Of a DNA stretch of 34,126 nucleotides, positions 32,513-34,126 are shown in pieces. Both the position numbers and the translations under genes were made by a program. How positions within the stretch are numbered: the first letter of the stretch is position 1; the number at the start of each line of letters is the position of its first letter. The DNA comes from Pseudomonadota bacterium (GTDB taxonomy: Bacteria; Bdellovibrionota_G; JALEGL01; DATDPG01). Location of the stretch: the NCBI GenBank assembly GCA_043804515.1, contig JAZDIZ010000087.1, positions 1-34,126 on the forward strand. Direction: 5' to 3'. The notes under the pieces were generated by a model. The model was not told the origin of the DNA and ran no database searches. It saw nothing but the letters and a program-made list of their open reading frames with translations.

Positions 32513-33450
32513 GAGCCGGTATCCGCGGCCTCAAAATCCTCGCCGTGGATCTTTGCGAGTTGCCGTAACTCGCTGTCACTCCATCGTAGATCGTGGACAC
32601 CGGACAAAAACCAGGGCGAGCCGTTGTCGGCCAGGAACATCCCGTACGTTTGAAGCGCCCGCACGATCACTTGGATCCGGGGCGAGAAATCGGAAAGGTT
32701 AATCGTGTTCTTCAATCGAAGCCGAAGGCCCATGGGCGGGAAATTCGGATCGGTTTGGCGGCTTGCTTGATGCGTGGCCGGGTGGATGTAGGCCGATTGG
32801 GTGCGGGGAGCCGTGAAGCGCAGAGCGTGCCGGATGGCGCCCGATTCCACCTCGTCGTACCGGACCAGTCCCGGCAGAATCGGCAGTCCGGCCGCATCGG
32901 CGGACGTCCAACCCTCCGGCCGCAGCTTGTTCGACCCAAGATCGAACACGGCCCCGGAGCCTGCCTTCCAGCGTTTTCCCGTTTGGACCGCGTCGTACAC
33001 TTCCCATAGACGGCACGCGCCCTGCTGAACGATCAGCATGTGGCGGTCGCCCTCGCCGTCCTCGCGCATCTCAATCGGCGGGTTCTCCGGAATGGGGTAG
33101 GGCCCCGGATCGCTCTGGGTCGAATACTCGAAGGAGATCGGAACGAGCGGCTGGTTATCGGGGACGACGGCAAAGCGGAAGCCGTTCGGGACTCCCTTAT
33201 AGAACGTACCGAAATCGGGATGCATCGGTTTTTTCTCCCCGATCTTGACAATGTAGTTCTTTGAATTGGGATGCACGGGCAGTTTGGAGATGTCCGTGTT
33301 CCAAGGGTTGTCCGACGGGAAGACGGAGCAACCTCCGATGACGGGCCCTGCTTTGCCGTCTCCGGTCGCCGGGGATGAGGTCGATGCGGAGGCCGCCGTC
33401 CAGCAGACCGAAGCGAAACATAAGATCAACAATGGAGATAGGCGGCGCAT
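32497..33450 (-). CDS. Conserved secreted hypothetical protein (FPSDNPWN / GDRH / WTSADAAGLP motifs)
   Basis: Signal peptide, GCSVFPSDNPWNTDIS.LPVHPNS, SDPGPYPIP, GDRH, WTSADAAGLPILPGLVRYDEV, YGMFLADNGS; overlaps the convergent DUF5916 gene by 16 bp. Confidence 0.85.
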   Translation of the reverse strand: MRRLSPLLILCFASVCWTAASASTSSPATGDGKAGPVIGGCSVFPSDNPWNTDISKLPVHPNSKNYIVKIGEKKPMHPDFGTFYKGVPNGFRFAVVPDNQPLVPISFEYSTQSDPGPYPIPENPPIEMREDGEGDRHMLIVQQGACRLWEVYDAVQTGKRWKAGSGAVFDLGSNKLRPEGWTSADAAGLPILPGLVRYDEVESGAIRHALRFTAPRTQSAYIHPATHQASRQTDPNFPPMGLRLRLKNTINLSDFSPRIQVIVRALQTYGMFLADNGSPWFLSGVHDLRWSDSELRQLAKIHGEDFEAADTGSQRAK

Positions 33451-33687
33451 GGTGTGCGGTTCTTACCACGCCGGCGAGGACACTAAAAGCGAGTTCAAAA
33501 TTGTCTTTGTTGGTGCCGACGCGGAAGGAAGCTGGACTGCCCTCGTGCGGGCTCCTTCTGGGACTAGATCTGCTGCGACTCCGATTCCGCTTGCGACACT
33601 TTCTCCCCAATCATCCGATCTCCTCTTGACGTAGAACCTCGAAACATGATCTAACTCACTGCGTAAAGCTGGGGCCAGAAAAGGAAT

Positions 33688-34126
33688 ATGATGAAGTTCC
33701 GTTCAGTTTGTTCCGCCATATTCGTCGGATGGGTTTTTATGTGGGTGTCGGGCTGCGGGATTTTCAGCGGCGAGCCCGGGCAGGCTTTTCGCCTGCGGTT
33801 GAATGCACTTGCTTCCACGGCCGGTGACCCCGTTGACGAGAGACCCATCACCCAGCAGAAACGTGCGGGACTCAACGGAAATGTGGACATTCTCTTCATG
33901 TTGGACAGCTCGTTGTCTTTCACGGACCTCACCCAGAGTCTCTCCACTGCGCTGACACCGCTCGTCGGCCAAATGAGCGATATCGACCAGGTCGCCATCG
34001 CGTTTGCTCTCGCCTGGGGGCAACAGGAACCGGACGCCTTAAACCTCTACGAGGGGAGCGGACACCTTTACAAGACTGGTTCGAACGCTTACGTCACCAT
34101 CGGGAATCCGATTGTGGATCAGGATC
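33688..34126 (+). CDS. VWA-domain lipoprotein, partial (runs off the window end; not in the ORF track)
   Basis: AAGGA RBS, MMKFRSVCSAIFVGWVFMWVSGC lipobox, VDILFMLDSSLS (MIDAS DxSxS); reading frame open to the end of the window. Confidence 0.75.
   Translation, partial: MMKFRSVCSAIFVGWVFMWVSGCGIFSGEPGQAFRLRLNALASTAGDPVDERPITQQKRAGLNGNVDILFMLDSSLSFTDLTQSLSTALTPLVGQMSDIDQVAIAFALAWGQQEPDALNLYEGSGHLYKTGSNAYVTIGNPIVDQD

Noticed and set aside
33559..33574. GG-N10-GC motif upstream of the VWA gene
   Set aside because: Lacks the GGCA and TTGC context and lies over 110 nt from the start; too weak for a sigma54 call.

Overview
GC-rich bacterial chromosomal window. The many lipoproteins, sigma54-type promoters, a MYXO-CTERM-like tail and a VWA lipoprotein suggest a Bdellovibrionota/Myxococcota-like lineage (inference only). 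It opens with housekeeping genes (rlmD, yqgE/algH, a LivJ/K-type binding protein). From ~3.2 to ~22.1 kb there is a string of unrelated accessory genes in both orientations: two metallopeptidases, a DcaP-like porin, an MFS-spermidine synthase fusion, a subtilase with FN3/PKD domains, a RelE/HTH toxin-antitoxin pair, hypothetical lipoproteins and a 5'-truncated gene. Nearly every gene boundary in this stretch is occupied by one of two related ~100-130 bp palindromic-ended repeat families. Both have GGGGAC...GTCCCC-type termini and all copies face the same direction. This creates an integron-like gene/repeat/gene architecture without attC consensus or any integrase/transposase in the window. Repeat copies supply the start of one gene and the end of another, and one copy is split around a cargo gene. 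Downstream are tRNA-Leu(UAA) with a 21-bp duplicated 3' end 172 bp away, and a cluster of envelope/polysaccharide-related genes.
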